The notes under the pieces were generated by a model. That model ran no database searches. It saw nothing but the letters and a program-made list of their open reading frames with translations, and was not told the origin of the DNA. The position numbers and the translations under genes are program-made. A stretch of DNA of 63,954 nt, the filler included, from Lenisia limosa (lineage: Eukaryota; Protista; Breviatea): NCBI GenBank assembly GCA_001655205.1. It is 18 parts of 18 records of this genome, joined end to end, with 100 filler letters (N's around TTAATTAATTAA, not from the genome) between each part and the next. Parts side by side here need not be neighbours in the genome. Positions count along the whole stretch, not along the records: positions 60,804 to 62,833 come from LPNZ01004812.1; positions 62,934 to 63,954 come from LPNZ01001334.1; 16 more parts are not named here. One strand, 5' to 3'. Positions 61,040 through 63,954 of this stretch are shown here, piece by piece. The stretch's first letter is position 1, and every line of letters starts with the position of its first letter.

Positions 61040-62747
61040 CTTGAGGTTCATGAGGGCAGCTTCAAACTCCTCGAATCTCGACCTCCTCGCAGCCTCAATG
61101 GCGGCCAGTAGCTGGTCAATGGCTGATTGGATCTGTGGAGAGGGGGGGGGGGGTATAATTGGAAAACTAATGAAACNNNNNNNNNNNNNNNNNNNNNNNN
61201 NNNNNNNNNNNNNNNNNNNNNNNNNNNNNNNNNNNNNNNNNNNNNNNNNNNNATCAACTCTGTTGTCTGACAACACACAAGGGTTGATAACACCAAAACA
61301 AACAAAACCCAGGCCAGTCGCTTCTGTAGCACCGTGTAATGAATAATGGGGAGAGGGGTAATGGAAAATAAATGTGTATGGTGGGGGGTCAGGGGAGAAA
61401 ATATACAATACTATTTAAAACACTGATTCTTTTTTGTTGGATACACCATCTTAGTACCTATCCTACTGACCTTAAGATTGGAGTCGTTGAGAGCGTCCTT
61501 CGACACGTCATCAACACCGACAGAATCGCAGGTGGCAACAGCGGCAACTGCAGCGTTCAAAACCGGCCGTGTGGCATTGACGACTTGCTGGCGACTTGGC
61601 TCGAAGTTGATAGTCGACACACAGGCCTTGGTCACGGCCACGAGAGAACCGGTGCTATGGGCAGCGTCCTTGGCCTTGGCAACCACTTTGGCCTGATCGT
61701 CGTTGTCGGAAACCTTCGCTGCAGCGCCCTACGAGGGAGTAAAATGGGGAAACTTATGAAACAAAAAAAAGGCCTAAAATATCATAAAGTTGGTCGTAAT
61801 ATTTTAACGGTCTTTTTCGGACCGAAGTGGTTGAGGTTAGCTTATTTATGGTCTCTATCACTGGGTGTGAGAAGAATGTTTAATAAAGAAAGAAGACCTG
61901 ATCTATTGTAGAACAGGTACGCCAAGACGCTAATCATTTGTCTTACAATCGAATGGAGAGAAAACTTATAATATATATATATATAAAATAAAATAAAAAG
62001 GCACACAATAAACACAATAAAAACAGATATTGCTGGACCCCCCCCCCCNNNNNNNNNNNNNNNNNNNNNNNNNNNNNNNNNNNNNNNNNNNNNNNNNNNN
62101 NNNNNNNNNNNNGGCGGCAGCAACCCGCTTGACTGCGTTGATAACTTCCTAAAAAGGAAGGTTAGTAAACTGTGTACAAGACCAAAACAAATAGAGAACC
62201 TGTTTAATGATGCTGTGAAGGTGCGCATTCACTTCGGTTAGAAAAAAAACCGGGAAAATATGATAGTTGTCGGGGAAGTATCGAGAAATTCAGTCTTTTT
62301 CGAACCGAAGTGAAGCCCTACACATTTCCCTTGAATGTCAGCACATACAACATATTCTGATAAAAAAACCTTATACTTACCGAAAAAACCAACATATTTC
62401 CCTTCAAACCCAGTAGAACACTTTCAACCCTCAGAGTCCTCTCTCTAACAAAAAATTCGTCAATATATTCAGCAATTACAGCAGACTCGTTAATAATCCT
62501 CTCGCCATACTTAACAACAGCCCATAATCCCACCCACTTGTTGTCTAGCTGCTTCGACTTCCTGGCATGCAGCAAGGGCAAGAATCTGTGATGCTGAAAC
62601 TCCAATGATCTGGGGGTAGGGTCAAAAGGAGGGGTTAACTACAATGTCAAGAACTTTAAGAATGTCATCTAGGGCTTCACTTCGGTTCGAAAAAAGACTC
62701 AACCGAAGTGATGCCTTAACCTTGCCGCAGTGGACCGTTGTGAAGCT
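61040..62747 (-). CDS. TLN: Talin rod (R1-R2-like) exons
   Basis: SFTTVHCGK|IIGVSASQILALAACQEVEAARQQ|EVINAVKRVAAA...GAAAKVSDNDDQAKVVAKAKDAAHSTGSLVAVTKACVSTINFEPSRQQVVNATRPVLNAAVAAV...|IQSAIDQLLAAIEAA. Follows the talin STSQLVACTKVVAPTI...QEQLVEA pattern. Confidence 0.75.
61151..61335 (-). repeat. Element module A at a talin acceptor
   Basis: Near-full A spanning a gap; ends TTTTCCAATTATA(C)nTCTCCACAG|IQSAID. A second fragment at 61737-61772 ends CCCCATTTTACTCCCTCGTAG|GAAAK. Confidence 0.88.
62226..62320. mobile_element. MITE family M (talin intron)
   Basis: TTCACTTCGGTTAG...CGAACCGAAGTGAAGCCCTA. An internally deleted hairpin copy lies at 62670-62719. Confidence 0.85.
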
Positions 62748-63081
62748 CTATTAACAACTGATAAAATCTGGGGATAAGTTTAATAACTCTTAAAGATTCT
62801 GTACTTGAGCAGAGGAAGAGGGGGGGGGGGTGANNNNNNNNNNNNNNNNNNNNNNNNNNNNNNNNNNNNNNNNNNNNTTAATTAATTAANNNNNNNNNNN
62901 NNNNNNNNNNNNNNNNNNNNNNNNNNNNNNNNNTAACACGAAATCCTTACAAATGGGGGGAGGGGGGTAAAACCAAAGGTCTCATCTGCCTCACATTTAA
63001 TTTACTTGCCCTTAACAATTGTCTCACATTTACCTTAGAATGCCCTTTACCTACCAATTTCTTAACCTACCCCCTCAATAG

Positions 63082-63732
63082 GAGCCGCCATCACAGGCGC
63101 ATTCGTGGGCGTGTTCTGGAAGGCTGGGCTTTTCAGCCGAAAGAAGATCCCTGAAATGGATGACGCGACTTGTTGGAGGGGTGTGGTATATGCCTCCTTT
63201 GTTAGTCTTGACTTAATTTCAAAGGAAAATCTGGGGGGTTTTTTTTTCGGACTTGACTTATAGTATCATCAAAATCATTGCGCTTTTTTCAAATAAGCTG
63301 CCAACTATATTCCAGTCATATAATCAATAAACTAGGTAGTATATTTACTCTTTGCCTGATAGCATTTAAATCGCCATATTTGACGCGTTAGACGAAGATA
63401 AGATGTTCGTCGTTAATGACGATGAGTTGGGCCAAGATATTGAAATGACCGAACTGGAAGGTGGGGGAGGGGGGCTTTTCAGAGAATACTGCAGGAGCTT
63501 TCACAAACTCATTTTTGGATGAGAAGGTTCCCTTCTATTTCATGTGTGTTCGTGAAGGTTCTTTTTCTGTCGTTCTCTGTGGAGTGTATCTTTCTTGTAC
63601 AGTTACTGCCGGATCTATGATGCTAGTTTCTCATTTGCTTCACTGCAAAACAAAATATCTATCAGTTTATCTTGTATTTTACCTCGTTCAGAGGGTGTGA
63701 CGGACAACGAGTTTGTATGGGATATTTCCTAA
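63082..63732 (+). CDS. C-terminus of a single-pass membrane protein with an acidic tail
   Basis: GAAITGAFVGVFWKAGLFSRKKIPEMDDATCWR|DEDKMFVVNDDELGQDIEMTELE|EGVTDNEFVWDIS*; phase-compatible. Confidence 0.6.
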
Positions 63733-63954
63733 GTGTATTAGTGTTTTTCTGTGGTTTCTTCGATTTTTGGGGGTTTTGCTTTTTTGATATATTTTCTTCG
63801 ATGCAATATGGTGAAATGAGAAACAAGCAAGCATCTGGTTGAAGTTGAATATTCAGCCAATATTTGACCTGAAAGCTCTACACACACAGAAAAAAACTAC
63901 ATTGAAAGGGGGGAAACAATCGAAAAAGAGAGAAAAGAAACATGAAACAACAAA

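Larger units (their letters stand above)
4809..62933. other. 17 artificial scaffold spacers (44 N + TTAATTAATTAA + 44 N)
   Basis: TTAATTAATTAA (stops in all six frames) at 4853, 13821, 15284, 18290, 19663, 20989, 22697, 36623, 40333, 46364, 50456, 53182, 54678, 56070, 59006, 60747 and 62878, each inside a uniform N block. Genes are truncated at these points. Confidence 0.97.

Noticed and set aside
4853-62889. Regularly recurring TTAATTAATTAA as a biological motif, and gene neighbourhoods across it (e.g. talin next to the integrin-like tail)
   Set aside because: Always centred in an identical 44N+12+44N block and truncates genes. It is an assembly spacer, so cross-spacer synteny is not evidence.

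Overview
Eukaryotic, intron-rich draft genomic DNA (roughly 38-40% GC by eye). It is not one continuous locus: 17 artificial 100-bp spacers (44 N + TTAATTAATTAA + 44 N) join 18 pieces, and genes are cut at these joins, so adjacency across a spacer means nothing. By manual splicing I recognise fragments of transketolase (3' end), DGAT1, a copine-type C2 domain, a PTEN-type C2 domain, an N-myristoylated 3xIQ + DH (RhoGEF) gene, a secreted protein with a fibrinogen-like motif, TAM41, cytoplasmic dynein-2 heavy chain (IFT dynein), talin, and a very large multi-exon gene with a ~450-aa K/E single-alpha-helix-like tract. This content suggests an amoeboid/flagellate Amorphean protist (inference; species not determinable). 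The most striking unexplained signal is a dispersed two-module repeat (A ~135 nt, B ~150 nt) at 16 loci. It is sense to the host pre-mRNA wherever a host can be called, and at 12-13 loci its 3' end lies within ~5-30 nt of the acceptor AG, so it appears to supply the branch-point/polypyrimidine region of unrelated introns. Also present: a ~100-bp TA-flanked MITE (~19 copies), other small TIR families, introns with G-runs at the donor end and C-runs at the acceptor end, a 4.4-kb mosaic tandem-repeat block, and decayed short-intron paralogues. Exon boundaries were read by eye and may be off by a few bases.
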